A stretch of DNA of 42,313 nucleotides from NCBI GenBank assembly GCA_003614675.1, contig ML002318.1, forward strand, positions 1 through 42,313, read 5' to 3'. The position numbers were made by a program, and so were the translations under genes. Below, piece after piece: positions 10,396 to 22,059 of the stretch. A model generated the notes under the pieces. It saw nothing but the letters and a program-made list of their open reading frames with translations, was not told where the DNA came from and ran no database searches. The DNA comes from Dimargaris cristalligena (taxonomy: Eukaryota). Position 1 is the stretch's first letter. Each line of letters opens with the position of its first letter.

Positions 10396-12135
10396 GGCGA
10401 CGGTGGTTTGATAGGGGTATAACGGGAGGGGAATAAGAGCGGATAACTTAGGGAGCTGGATCAGGAAGGGGTCGAGTCGGAGTGGGGATCTCCCGGGGGA
10501 GGTGAATCAACAGAGGGAGGGGTACGAGGGATCCAAAGAAACTTTGGTCGCAAGCAAAAGGCCACTTGAACTGGGAGTATTTGGAAGCTTCGCGGACGGG
10601 GACGGCAACAAACGGAGCCAGGGGGTAATTAAGTAAATAATGTATAATTAGAGCTGGGCTTAAGTGAACAGGGATAAGATGGGCCTCGGATTAGGAGGTT
10701 AGAGGAAAATACAAAGTAAAAACGGCTGAATGGGACTCGCGCCTTCCAAAACCAACGGGAAGAGCAATGATGAAGTTGTGGTGGTGAATCAACAAAGAGA
10801 GGTTTATTAAAAAGGCAGCGATGGTCAAAGCAATAAGCGGCCAGTCGTGGTAGTAGGAGTAGTATAGGCCTCTCTCTCTCTCACTCCTCCTACATGACAG
10901 CGTCCTCCGGAAGTAGAGCAGCCAGCTCGTTAACTGGTGGATCAATGTCCAATTTGGGCACCGTGCGAGCGGTGCTTTTCTCCTATTCATCGCCCTCCAG
11001 GTTCAATGGTATGTTCGGCCTGGACCTCCCCCTCCCTTTATAGTAGCCAGGCCATGCGTATTCTTTATAATATGGGAGAGGTTCAACCAAGCTGTGCAAC
11101 GAAAAATCCGTTGGATGAAGTTAATATCACTGGTTAAAAATAAATCTCCCGTATATTATCCCATACACGTATCATTTAAAACCTTATACAACTGGGCCGC
11201 ATTTCACCCATATCGAAGCCTTCCGTCCAGCCACTTACTCTACTACTCTTTAAGATCTAGTCCTTTAACCCGTTCGAAGCGAATACTGCAAATGATTTAC
11301 AGGCCGAACCAACCCTAGGCCTGATTTGTCAGCCAAACAAGGAGGCAGTGATTATCGAGGGTTTGATTGATCGCTGTCGGGAGCCCTGACATATATATAA
11401 AATAGAGAGGGAGGTGGATCACGCTAGCCCTGCTTTTACCTGAGCCATGCTGGTAAAGAGAAACACACTCAATCAGGGCGACTAGACTCCAACCAACAAT
11501 AATGGGCATTAATGACGGGGTAGTTTTGTAGGCTATATAGGCCCTTCTCTGGGGCTGATGGACACAGCTCCAACTATGGGTAGAGAGGTCTTTAAGAGGG
11601 TTATTAGCTCCACCTACTACAATGTCGGATGAACCAGCAAAGAACTGCGTGGTGATAAGGCATTAGGTCCAAGGGAAGTCTGACATCTCCCCCATAGCTC
11701 CTCAACGTAAACCAGTGCTCTATTTATAATTCACCCGCTTCGCCAACTACAGAGAACCAAACATTCGCACAAAGACCGAGATTAATAAGTGTGCGGGGAA
11801 ACTAAGGCAGCCCCTATAATTCCAGAAGAGCGGGGGTATATCATGTACTACATTTTCTCACTCTGCACATCAATCACACCATATATATCTATATATATGT
11901 ATATCAACAGTATGTCTGAACTCCTTTTCATTTTATTCACTGAAACAGCGGCCAAAAACCCATCAGTCTAAATGCGACAGGGTTAGGGGGAGCACATCCA
12001 AAGATAAGATGGGATCGGACCAGATCAGATCAGAAAGAACAAGAAATCCATGCAACATAGCAAAGCAGAATAAAGAAATGAAATGGAAAGAAAAGAAAAG
12101 GGGGGAAAACCCTCTCTTCTGGGGTTGACCCATAT

Positions 12136-13941
12136 CTACTTGAGCATCTTCTTCTTCAGCATCTTCTTGTAGGATTCGATACCACCATCGCTGTCCCACT
12201 TGGTGACGGTCCGCTTGTCGCAGACCCAGATTTCCTGGGCAATCTGACTGATTAACCGGAAGTCGTGGGACACGAGGACGATACCACCGTCGTAGTGGTT
12301 GATGGCCTCGGCCAAGGAGTCGATGGATTCGATATCCAAATGATTGGTCGGTTCGTCGAGCAGGATGATGTGGGGGCACGACAGGGCCAGTTCGGCGAAT
12401 ACCAGGCGGGATTTGAGACCGTCGGACAGGTGGCCGATGGGGCTGGTTTGGTGGGACCCGGTCAGACCGTAGCGACCGATGTTTTGACGCCAGTAATCCA
12501 AATCCTGGGGCAGGTCCTTGAATTTCCGCCGCATGTAGTCGATGGGACTGGCCTCCATGTCCAGCTGGTCGTTCGAGTGTTGGCTGTACTTGCCAATCTT
12601 CAGATGACTGTGGCGGGTCACACGGCCAATGGTGGCATCGAGGTCCCCGGTCATAATCTTCAGCAGGGTACTCTTACCCGCCCCGTTGGGGCCAACCAGG
12701 GCCACGCGGGAGTCCATGTCGACGGCGATGTCCAGGTTCTGGTACAGGAAATCCTCAGTCTTACCCGAATACGAGAAGGACACGTCGTCGAAACTGAGCA
12801 CGGGCGGGGGCAGCTTACCCACGTTGGTGAAGCGGAAGGTGAACTTCATGGGGGGCTCGACCTTTTCGACCAGACCCTCGGCTTCCATTTTGTCGATAAT
12901 CTTCTGGCGGGACTTCGCCTGACGGACCAGGTTAGCGTAGGTACCGGCCGAGGCAATGAACTTCTTCATGTGTTCGATTTCGGCCTGCTGCTTGTTGTAG
13001 GCCTTGGTCTGGTTGACTTCGAGTTCGGCCTTGGTCTTGACGAAGGTGTCGTAGTTACCACCGTAGTAGGTGAGCTGACGCTTGGGGGTCAGGTTGATGA
13101 TGTTAGTGCACACCCCGTTCAGGAAATCCTGGGAGTGGGAAATAAGCACCAGGATCCGGTCGTAGTGGGACAGGTATTCCTCCAGCCACACGCAGGCCTC
13201 CAAATCCAAATGGTTGGTGGGCTCGTCGAGCAGCAGCACGGTGGGGCGGATGAACAGGGCGTGGGCCAGGGAGACCCGCATACGCCAACCACCGGACATG
13301 TCTTTGGTCATCTTTTGCATTGTTTGGGCGTTGAACCCCAGACCGAATAGAATCTTGGAGGCGCGGACCTCGAAGGTGGCGGCGTCCATGGCTTCGATGC
13401 GCTCGTAGATGGATTCCAGTACCGGGTTCTCGGCACCACCCTCCTCACCGAGAATATGCTCGACCTGCTGCTCCAGGCGCTCCAATTCCTTCTCGGCGTG
13501 CTCGACGACGTACCGAAGGGCGGTCTTCTCACTGGGTTCAGCCTCCTCCTTCAGCAAATGGATATCGATATGCTCGGGGATGGGGACTTCGCGGGCGGCC
13601 AGAGACTGCAAAAAGGTACTCTTACCGGAACCGTTGGAACCGATGAGCCCGTAACGACGACCGTAGTTGAACTCGAGGGTGGCGTTGCGGATCAATTCGC
13701 GGCCGTGGAAAGACAGGGAGAAGGAGTCCACCTTGATGTCTCGGGACTGGGGCTGGGAGGTGAGGACACCGGTAGCGGTACGATCCACGGCCAGGGAAAG
13801 CTGTTTCAGGCTAATCTGATTGGGATCGGCTTCGGCGGCGACAGAAGTAGGGGCAGCTTTGGTACCATTGGCCTTGTGGGCCTTTTCGGCTTCCTTGGCC
13901 TTCTTGGCGGCCATACGCTTTTGCTTGGAAACGGAAGACAT
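12136..13941 (-). CDS. ARB1: ABC-F family ATPase ABCF2/Arb1 (601 aa, soluble, ribosome-associated)
   Basis: Two nucleotide-binding domains (GSNGSGKS, MSGGW, LLLDEPTNHLD; GPNGAGKS, LSDG, ILLDEPTNHLD), no transmembrane domain, and the ABCF2-type linker FIASAGTYANLVRQAKSRQKIIDKM. Confidence 0.95.
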   Translation of the reverse strand: MSSVSKQKRMAAKKAKEAEKAHKANGTKAAPTSVAAEADPNQISLKQLSLAVDRTATGVLTSQPQSRDIKVDSFSLSFHGRELIRNATLEFNYGRRYGLIGSNGSGKSTFLQSLAAREVPIPEHIDIHLLKEEAEPSEKTALRYVVEHAEKELERLEQQVEHILGEEGGAENPVLESIYERIEAMDAATFEVRASKILFGLGFNAQTMQKMTKDMSGGWRMRVSLAHALFIRPTVLLLDEPTNHLDLEACVWLEEYLSHYDRILVLISHSQDFLNGVCTNIINLTPKRQLTYYGGNYDTFVKTKAELEVNQTKAYNKQQAEIEHMKKFIASAGTYANLVRQAKSRQKIIDKMEAEGLVEKVEPPMKFTFRFTNVGKLPPPVLSFDDVSFSYSGKTEDFLYQNLDIAVDMDSRVALVGPNGAGKSTLLKIMTGDLDATIGRVTRHSHLKIGKYSQHSNDQLDMEASPIDYMRRKFKDLPQDLDYWRQNIGRYGLTGSHQTSPIGHLSDGLKSRLVFAELALSCPHIILLDEPTNHLDIESIDSLAEAINHYDGGIVLVSHDFRLISQIAQEIWVCDKRTVTKWDSDGGIESYKKMLKKKMLK

Positions 13942-15600
13942 GTTGACGGGATATGCAAGTAGGATGATGTGGGAGGTACGAACAAACGAAGGAGGGGTCT
14001 ATACAGCCGCTGGGGGAGATCCGACCAGAAGAAGGTGGAGTGGGAAATGCAATAATAAATAAACTGGATGCAAACTGCACTGACTCGTAAGGAAAGAGAG
14101 AAAGAAAAACCCTGAGTGGGCGAACAAAAGAGTTTTGAAAGAGAGAATGTAGAGATCGCCGTGGCGCAAAAAAAAAGCCGGGCCAATAACGTCATAGACA
14201 GAGCAAGGTCTCTCGATAGTAGAGCAGGGGTGGTTATGGCTGGCTGACTACAGGCGATTGATATGATCAGTGCGATAAAAGAATGCTGGTAACACAACAA
14301 CAACCTGCGGCCAAGGTGATACACACGATGGGGACACTCCTCTACATATAGCTAAACCAACTATACTACTGCTACTACTACTCTCTTCGCTGGGCATTTA
14401 AATTATAGTAGGTAATGTGCTTTTAGAGGAAGGTAGAATAGTATATAGTATAGTAGTTGCAGCTAAATGAGAGCAGGAATGGATGGTTGGTTACTCGGTT
14501 GGACAAATACCATTCACTGTTCCAGTACGCCTTATTGGAAGGACCCTTCAGGCCACCAATCATTAATCATTTCCGGTCCAGAGAAGCACATAACTCCCTA
14601 TAGAAGATATAGGGGATAATTATCCCTGTAATTAACTGCTGGCGTTTAGTTAGTTAGTTAGTTGGTTAGTGTAGACACGGCTGGCCTACGCTTCCTTGGA
14701 TATTCTCCAGCGGGGCTCCGTTCCCGAAACTAAGAGTATATTATCCCGCTGACGACTCTTCCTACTCTACCCAGTCGATTGTTCCTTCCAAGCATGCTTC
14801 CCTTCATGCTCGGAATACGAGTCGAACCATGCTATGAATCTATATTATGGCTTGTAATAAAGACCTCCTCCCCCTACTGCGCCCTATTTCCTCCTGGAAT
14901 TCAATTTCCATTTATTCCTTAGTAGCCTACTATGGTGAAGAGCTCCTTCACGGTCACAGTTGTACAGCGCAGGCCCGGCCTTCTGAATGACACGCAATTC
15001 CGCCTCAATAGCGGGGGGTTTCTTGGAAGCGCTTATTCTGGGGGCCCAATATCACATACTAAAACCCAAAGCCTTGGAAAATCGCCCGCCCCCGTCCTGT
15101 ACCAAAGAATAGTAGCAAATTAACAACGGAAAGCATCATACACATTAGGCATACACTCTCCTCCCCCTACCTCCATTATTGCCCCACGGACGCGTATAAC
15201 TAACTACTGGCTGGCTCCAGTGCTCCCCACTATTTTTAGGCCCTCGTTCTTCCCCCGCAGATCCCTTACACTATTCGTAATTCAACCCACCCCGTGTCTT
15301 TAAGCCATACTCAGCCATTGCAGCGACACTTTTTCAATAGTTTGTTTTGGAGGATTCTTTCCTTTTCTATCGTATACTCTCCCAATCTCGCAATTGCCGT
15401 ACTATTAATACCATTCTTTGGTGACGGTTCGTTCCACCATTGGCCTCCCCCCTATTCCAGTCCGCAAGCGCCCTTGCGACCAACGCGCCTGGTCACATCA
15501 TCAGTCCCTCTCACCCGTCGTGACTTTTTCCCCGCTCCATTAGGTGCATTCTGCCGCGTGCCCCACCACCAGAGGTGATCCGGCCCAAGCCCAAGTAACC

Positions 15601-18600
15601 ATGCACGATGAGCTATTTCAAATTCTAACCGACTGCTGTCGGCGTCAAAGTCGAACCCCGCAAGGCGCTTCCGAAGCCATTACCCGGCTGTTCCCCAAAG
15701 CACCTGCTGCCACAGTAATCACCGAGCCCCTCCCCCCCATTGTGCAGGAGTGGATTGATCTCGTATGGGTCCTCCATCTGCAGTCCGACGAATTACCCGC
15801 CCCTTCTACTTCAGCTAGCGAAGCGCAGACCCCCTCCCAGGCCGTGGTGCCTGGCCTGGCCCCGGTCGCGGACCCTTCCAGCGCCACTGCCCCGAAGGAA
15901 CTGGTGGTCCCCAGCGTTCCCACCCGCCAGCTTCTCGTTCAACTTACCCAGCTAACGCTAAGCCGGAATACCCACATCCCCTCCGAGGCCCTGAAAATCC
16001 GCTGGGAACCCGCCTTTTTGGAGGCCCTCAAATTGATCCCCTCGGCCGCCCAATTCAATAAGAAATCGGTGCGTATCAACACCGGCAAATTATACCGCCA
16101 GTCCAAATTTAATCTCCTTCGGGAGGAATCGGAAGGGTTCGCCAAATTAGTCGTGGTGGTTAACCATGCCATGGCCACGACCCATCGCTCCGACTCCGAC
16201 GAGTCCCTCGCCGCCCGGATGACTCCCCTTTGGCACCGCATCCAGACCCTCATCGGCTACTTCTCCCTGGACCCGAACCGGGTTGCCGACATACTCCTCG
16301 ACATATTTATTGCCAACGTGGCCTCGCATTACCCCTTTTTCCTCCAACTATTCCACCAGTCATCCTGGTTTACACCACCCGTCACTGCCGAAGGTGAATC
16401 CACCCCTCTCCCCCCGACCGCCACGCGGCCCGAGCGGCTGACCCAGGGCCATCCCAAACTCGCTCATTTAGTAGGCTTCAAATTCCGGTTCTACCAAGAG
16501 TCCCCCGACAATCTACCGGCCCCCCCTGAACTCTATTTCACCACTGCCCTATTACTGCAACATGGCCTACTGGCCCTGGCCGATATATACCCCTATTTGT
16601 CCCCCGACGATAATGAAATGGGTCAGCAGTATGAGGTATTCCGCGTGAAAATGGCGGAACAGGCATCTAAAGCGGGTACTAGTCTCCTAGCCAGCATGCC
16701 CTCCCTCGACGAGCCCATGCCCAGTCGACCCGGTGCTACCTCGGACACGAAAGCCGGCTCGGCCGACGCCCCAGCCGCGCCTAAAACGGAGCCAAAATTG
16801 CCCAAGGTGGAACTCCTAGCTGCCCTGTTGGCTGTCGGTGAAATGGAGCTCGCCCTCGTCATATTCCGTCGACTGCCCCGGGTTGCCATGGGTCAGCCGG
16901 CCGTTCAGGATGCCTTGAACCGCTGTCTGCACCGCTTAATCGACCCCTACTACCAGCATGTACGGGCTCATCAGAATATGCCAATTGTCCCGCTGTCGAG
17001 TTCTACATCGATGTCGGATTCTGTGGAACCGGTGTTCGACTTGAAGCCATCCGCCTCTAGCAGGTCCCGCCGGGAGTTCTTTTACCCCTCCTGGGTCGAC
17101 CACGTTCCCACTTTGGCAATCCCAGCCGACCTTAACCCTTCTACGTCCACGGCTGTGTCCGTATCCGCGACTACTCCCAGCCCTTCAACCCCTTCGCCGT
17201 CCAATGATCCGTTCCTCGCCACTATTTGGCCTTGGCTAACTCACCTCGGCCTAGGCCTAGCCCGTGACCCTACTCTAATAACCAAGTTTTGCCGTATTGG
17301 TGACTGGAGCCTTGGCCAAGCCGCGAAGCACCGGTCCCACGCCGAGTTTCTCGCTCTAGCGACCGTCCAGGACTGGCTGCAATGGACCCGCGATTACCTA
17401 TTGCCCTCCCTTTCCCTCAACCCCAATAATCCCCGACTGGTGTCGGAGATCTGGGAGTTTATGCTCCATTTCCCGTACACCGCCCGCTACGGGTGCTACG
17501 GCGAGTGGCATACCTTGGCCTACACCCGCTACCCGGAACTGAAGCCAGTGAAGGCCCAGGTGATCTCGGCCGCCCGCAGCAATCTGCGTCGTCTGACCGT
17601 GACCAATGTTCAAAAGGTGGGCAAGTCCCTCGTGGAAGTCATTCACGCCAACCCGACCCTGGTGTTTGCGGCCATGTTACAGCAGATTCAGGTGTACGAT
17701 AATTTGATCAATCCCGTGGTGGATTCCTGTAAATCCATGACCCCGTTCGGGTTTGATGTACTGTGCTTCATGCTACTGGACATCATCACTCAGCCCCATA
17801 AAATTCATGTGAAGGCAGACGGCGCCAGCGTCGCCACCTGGCTGCGCGGGTTAGCCGTATTTACGGCATCGTTGGTGCGTTGTTATCCCGAATTCGATCT
17901 CCCGGTGTATCTTAACCTGATCATGCGGGTTCTCCGGTGTAATCAATTAACGACGCTCATTCTCTTCCATGAACTCATCACCAAAATGTCGGGCATCGAG
18001 CTCCTCCCCGCCTCGGCGACCCCCGACCGCATCCAGAAGTTGGCCGGCGGCGACCTGCTCATGTCCGAAGGCCTGGCGGTCGTGTCCATGGCGGACTCCC
18101 TGGGTCACTCGGCCTCGGAACGGTCCGCGCTGCGCTTAGTGCACGCCCTCCGGAGTTTGCCCAACCGGTCATTCACCTACCGTACCGCCCAGAACCGCTT
18201 CGATTCCGGCTGGGAGATCCACCGACCCCTGACCCCCAAGGAGATTCGCTCTTTCGAATGGTATTACCAGCCCACCCTCCTGACCGCGTTTCTGGTCCTG
18301 ATGGGTCAGCAGAAACAGGTCGGTGTATTCCACTACGCCGATCGTAAATACCCCACCAAACTACTATCCAATTTCTACGACCTAGGGAAGGAATGTCTGC
18401 AGCAATTCGATGATTTCCTCCGGCTCCATATGCCCATCCAGGATTATATCCGGACCGTACCCAACTGGCTCCAATTATGCCAGGAGTACCACGTGGAACC
18501 CGAGGTGGCCTGGTGTTTCACCCGACCCATCCTGCGTTATTTCACCAAACTGTACTACGATCAAACGGAGTCGCGGCGCGGCCTAGGGTTAAATCAGGTA

Positions 18601-21600
18601 ACCAAGTCCCCCGAAAAGGCCAAAGAGGCGGCGGCTACCGCCGAACCCGCCCGCACGGTACCATCCCCGGAGATGCCGAGTCCCGAGGCACCCACCACCG
18701 AACCCTCTAACCCGACCACGGTGCCGGAATCCGAGCCGACATCCCTTTCCTCGGCCGTCGCCAACCCCTGGCTACCCTTCCTCGAGCCCCTCTACGAACA
18801 ATGCAGCCATGTGCTCCCCGACCGCGTCTGGAAACACCTCACTCCCCAATTCTACGTGGCCTTTTGGCGGTTCTCCCTGTGTGATATTTACGTGCCCCAG
18901 GGGGTCTACACCGAAACGATCAACAAATACCGCCAGAAACTCAAAGAGGCCCAGCAGCACCAGGCCAATCAGGCCAACCGCCGGTACAGCGGGAATCAGA
19001 ACCGGGGATCGTCGTCGTCATCGATGGCAACAACCACGGCCCCGGCACCCATGGCGATGACGCTGGCCACGCAGACCCGGGACCTGGCCCAATTGAACGA
19101 AGACATCGATCGACTCGGCCGCGAAAGCGTGGTCCAGTCCCAGGTGGTCCGGCGCAATCTCCGCCAGGCCGAACGGGAAAGCCAACACTGGTTCACCCAA
19201 AAAGCCCAACTTAACAATACCAGCCGGTCGGAACTGGTGGACGAATTTTTGCAGACCTGCCTGTTCCCCCGGGTCCTGTACTCAGCCACCGACGCCATCT
19301 TCGCGGCCCGCTGGATCCGCCACATGCACGCCTGGAGTACCACCCATTTCTGGACCCTGAAACTTTACGAACAAATCTTCCAAAAATTGGTCGGGCTGGT
19401 CTATTTGTGCAGTGAAACCGAGGCCCACCACCTCGGTCGCTTCCTGGACGACTGTCTGCAGCTCCTCTTCGGTTGGCACCAGGATGCCCAGCTGTACCAA
19501 AATGAGGCCATTGGAGAGGGCCTGTCCGGGTTCCGCCATACATTTACTTCGGCTAAAGCCGCGGTGCCTGCCGGGAACGGAGGGGGAACAGGAACAGGTT
19601 CGGCGACAACCGCAGCCGCGCCGGGTGGAGGAGGGGTTGTCGGTGGGAATGCGATCCCCCCTGACCACCTACTCCAACATGGGGCCTTCCGCCGCCAGCT
19701 ATGCCGGTGGCATACGCAGTTAGCCACGGCCTTCCTCCAATGTCTCGAGTCGCCCGAATACGTACACCGCCGCAACGCCATTAATATTCTGAGCCGGGTC
19801 AAGGACCGGTTCCCCGTAATCCAAGAGTCGGGTACGCAACTCATGGAAAAGGTGACCGCGGTGCGCGAGAGCGAGAACCGGGAGGATATGAAATTACTCA
19901 CCCTCAGTTACTATTCAATTCTGCAAAGTAACCAGCCGAAATGGTTGAGCGAAACCCAATTCAAAGAGGGTAAAGCACCGGGTTGTAATATGCCACCTCC
20001 ACCACCACCGCCGTCGCAGGTCCTGGCCTCGACCTCAGCCCAGGCCAAACCCACCTCGGACACTACTACCACTACTACTGGGGACTATGCCTCCGGCTCC
20101 GGTCGACGACCCACCCCGTCCCAAGCCTCTACGGCGAACCATCGTCCCCGCGACGGTCCCGGTCGAAATCATCTATCGGCCGCAGCATCGCCGTGGTTTC
20201 CGCCCAGCGGTAATGTTAATGGTGGTGGGAGCGGAGGCGGCCCAATGGTGGGCGGACGCCCCGGGGACTCATCCCAAAGTCGAGGCGGAGCCATTAACCG
20301 ACCCCGCACCGAGGATCGTCGCCCCCTCACCCAATCGCTCTTCGGCCATACGGCCATGGGCAATGGTAACCGAGAGGATAGTACCGGCTCACCCACTACA
20401 CGGGCGGCTACGGAGAATCGGTCGAATCGATTCCACGAAAATCACCCATCGGATCCTGCAGGTTCCCGTGATGCTCGCCTGTCGGTAGGTGGTCGGGACC
20501 GAGACCGAGACCGGGATCGTGAACGTGAGCGTGACCGTGACCGCGACGAAGAGAGTCGTCGAGGTGGGAGTAATCGCCGACCCACAGATTCTAAAACCCC
20601 CTCGGAGTCGACTAGTAGTCGCTCGGGCCACAAATCTTCCGAACGGAGTTCGTCGGTGGAACGTCGCCATGCTCGTAAACGGTTGCGCTCCGATACCCGC
20701 GACCCAGCGGGTGATTCGGAAGGATCCCGTATGACCCGCGCTTTATCCGACCGCCCTCCTACCACCTCAACTTCAACTTCAGCTTCGGTCACTCTTGAAT
20801 CAGAAGTAGTGACTGAGGGAGGATCCGCGCGAACTTCCACCCGGGTGCGCAGTGGACGAAGCGGAGGTTCCCATTCCCGGGCGACTTCGCCGTCCTCCCG
20901 TAGTCGAGGTGGGGGCGGCTCGCCACCCGCAGCCTCGGCATTCCGCACCCCGGGCCGATCCGATCGAAATGGCCGCCCTGAAGCGCGACCCACCACGGAT
21001 TTTTCCGCGGCGTCGGAAGGATTATCGGGAGCCAACGCCATCGTGGTAGCTAGCGGGGAGAACTACTCAAGTGGTGGTAGTGGTCGCCGAGATCAACGCC
21101 GTCCCGCTCGTATCCTGACCACGGAGCCGAATACTGAATCACCATTAACAGTATCATCATCCTTGTCGGTACCGTCATGGACCGCCACCGCTGCCGTCGG
21201 CCAAGGTACGAACCCCACCATCCAATCGCCTCCGAACCCTACTGGATTCAAGTCAGATGCCCACCGTATCGGCCGGATGAGCACGCTGGAACGCCGGCAA
21301 TTGGACGAGGGTACCCGACGTAAACTGGCCTCCGCTTCCGCTCCCATTTCCACGCCCACTACCCCGAAAATGATGGGTGATCGCAAAGAAGGAGGGGGCG
21401 GGGGGGCGGCTGGTAGTACGAGTGGTAGTACCGGAAGTGAGCGTAAACGCCGTGGAGATACTCAGGTATCGTCGTCGTCCCGATCGGAAAAACGGGCCCG
21501 AGGGGGTGATGACAGTCAACCGACTACCCCGTCGGCCCATCGTAAATCGTTCGGTAAAGACCGGGACCGCGACCGTGACCCGGAGCGGGAACGGGGGCGG

Positions 21601-22059
21601 GATAGTAAGGATCGGAACCGGCATAAAGATTCGGCCGACCGCGAACGGCGTAGGAAATCCAACCCGGGGGGTGATAGTAGTGTAGCTGGTCCTACTACTG
21701 GTACGGGCGGTGGTGAGGGTACTGTCTTATCGGTGACAGGATCAGCGGTTAGTATTGTCAATGCTTCCCAGCAGTCCTTATCATCCCCTAGCCTGCCTTC
21801 ACCTTCCCTACCGCTGAACGCCAAACCCGACGCCCATCGGAATGGGGGTGGACATGGATCATCCACTCCTTCGTCCCATCGTGATCGGACGGGTGGAAAC
21901 CGCCGGGGCGGTGGTGGCGGTGGTGGAACAAGCACCCCTAACCCTAACCCCGATACCGAGAATCCAACCAAGGAGGGACGGGATCATAAACGTCGCCGGG
22001 ATCAGGCGGCCGAGACTAATGGTTCGCAATCCCACCGGCATCGTGGCCGGCGGTATTAG
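15601..22059 (+). CDS. THO2: THO/TREX complex subunit 2 (~2152 aa, intronless); probable start ATG at 15601
   Basis: Conserved Tho2 motifs LYRQSKFNLLREESEGFAKL, LIGYFSLDPNRVADILLD, RYGCYGEW, QIQVYDNLI, FYVAFWRFSLCDIYVP, FLQTCLFPRVLYSATDAIF and EYVHRRNAINILS, followed by a long low-complexity C-terminus. The track ORF starts at GTG 15544; the first in-frame ATG is 15601. Confidence 0.95.
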   Translation: MHDELFQILTDCCRRQSRTPQGASEAITRLFPKAPAATVITEPLPPIVQEWIDLVWVLHLQSDELPAPSTSASEAQTPSQAVVPGLAPVADPSSATAPKELVVPSVPTRQLLVQLTQLTLSRNTHIPSEALKIRWEPAFLEALKLIPSAAQFNKKSVRINTGKLYRQSKFNLLREESEGFAKLVVVVNHAMATTHRSDSDESLAARMTPLWHRIQTLIGYFSLDPNRVADILLDIFIANVASHYPFFLQLFHQSSWFTPPVTAEGESTPLPPTATRPERLTQGHPKLAHLVGFKFRFYQESPDNLPAPPELYFTTALLLQHGLLALADIYPYLSPDDNEMGQQYEVFRVKMAEQASKAGTSLLASMPSLDEPMPSRPGATSDTKAGSADAPAAPKTEPKLPKVELLAALLAVGEMELALVIFRRLPRVAMGQPAVQDALNRCLHRLIDPYYQHVRAHQNMPIVPLSSSTSMSDSVEPVFDLKPSASSRSRREFFYPSWVDHVPTLAIPADLNPSTSTAVSVSATTPSPSTPSPSNDPFLATIWPWLTHLGLGLARDPTLITKFCRIGDWSLGQAAKHRSHAEFLALATVQDWLQWTRDYLLPSLSLNPNNPRLVSEIWEFMLHFPYTARYGCYGEWHTLAYTRYPELKPVKAQVISAARSNLRRLTVTNVQKVGKSLVEVIHANPTLVFAAMLQQIQVYDNLINPVVDSCKSMTPFGFDVLCFMLLDIITQPHKIHVKADGASVATWLRGLAVFTASLVRCYPEFDLPVYLNLIMRVLRCNQLTTLILFHELITKMSGIELLPASATPDRIQKLAGGDLLMSEGLAVVSMADSLGHSASERSALRLVHALRSLPNRSFTYRTAQNRFDSGWEIHRPLTPKEIRSFEWYYQPTLLTAFLVLMGQQKQVGVFHYADRKYPTKLLSNFYDLGKECLQQFDDFLRLHMPIQDYIRTVPNWLQLCQEYHVEPEVAWCFTRPILRYFTKLYYDQTESRRGLGLNQVTKSPEKAKEAAATAEPARTVPSPEMPSPEAPTTEPSNPTTVPESEPTSLSSAVANPWLPFLEPLYEQCSHVLPDRVWKHLTPQFYVAFWRFSLCDIYVPQGVYTETINKYRQKLKEAQQHQANQANRRYSGNQNRGSSSSSMATTTAPAPMAMTLATQTRDLAQLNEDIDRLGRESVVQSQVVRRNLRQAERESQHWFTQKAQLNNTSRSELVDEFLQTCLFPRVLYSATDAIFAARWIRHMHAWSTTHFWTLKLYEQIFQKLVGLVYLCSETEAHHLGRFLDDCLQLLFGWHQDAQLYQNEAIGEGLSGFRHTFTSAKAAVPAGNGGGTGTGSATTAAAPGGGGVVGGNAIPPDHLLQHGAFRRQLCRWHTQLATAFLQCLESPEYVHRRNAINILSRVKDRFPVIQESGTQLMEKVTAVRESENREDMKLLTLSYYSILQSNQPKWLSETQFKEGKAPGCNMPPPPPPPSQVLASTSAQAKPTSDTTTTTTGDYASGSGRRPTPSQASTANHRPRDGPGRNHLSAAASPWFPPSGNVNGGGSGGGPMVGGRPGDSSQSRGGAINRPRTEDRRPLTQSLFGHTAMGNGNREDSTGSPTTRAATENRSNRFHENHPSDPAGSRDARLSVGGRDRDRDRDRERERDRDRDEESRRGGSNRRPTDSKTPSESTSSRSGHKSSERSSSVERRHARKRLRSDTRDPAGDSEGSRMTRALSDRPPTTSTSTSASVTLESEVVTEGGSARTSTRVRSGRSGGSHSRATSPSSRSRGGGGSPPAASAFRTPGRSDRNGRPEARPTTDFSAASEGLSGANAIVVASGENYSSGGSGRRDQRRPARILTTEPNTESPLTVSSSLSVPSWTATAAVGQGTNPTIQSPPNPTGFKSDAHRIGRMSTLERRQLDEGTRRKLASASAPISTPTTPKMMGDRKEGGGGGAAGSTSGSTGSERKRRGDTQVSSSSRSEKRARGGDDSQPTTPSAHRKSFGKDRDRDRDPERERGRDSKDRNRHKDSADRERRRKSNPGGDSSVAGPTTGTGGGEGTVLSVTGSAVSIVNASQQSLSSPSLPSPSLPLNAKPDAHRNGGGHGSSTPSSHRDRTGGNRRGGGGGGGTSTPNPNPDTENPTKEGRDHKRRRDQAAETNGSQSHRHRGRRY

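Noticed and set aside
12265-13350. 361-aa plus-strand ORF, and many other 60-210-aa ORFs overlapping RPB2, THO2, UTP14, GLN4 and the coiled-coil gene
   Set aside because: Antisense or alternative-frame shadows of GC3-rich coding sequence, with no independent motifs.
14610-14633. Resemblance to an I-SceI site
   Set aside because: It does not match TAGGGATAACAGGGTAAT; it is only a short palindrome.
15544-15600. GTG/TTG starts in the ORF track for THO2 (also GLN4 34118 and the secreted gene 41066)
   Set aside because: These are eukaryotic genes with good in-frame ATGs at 15601, 34112 and 41099.
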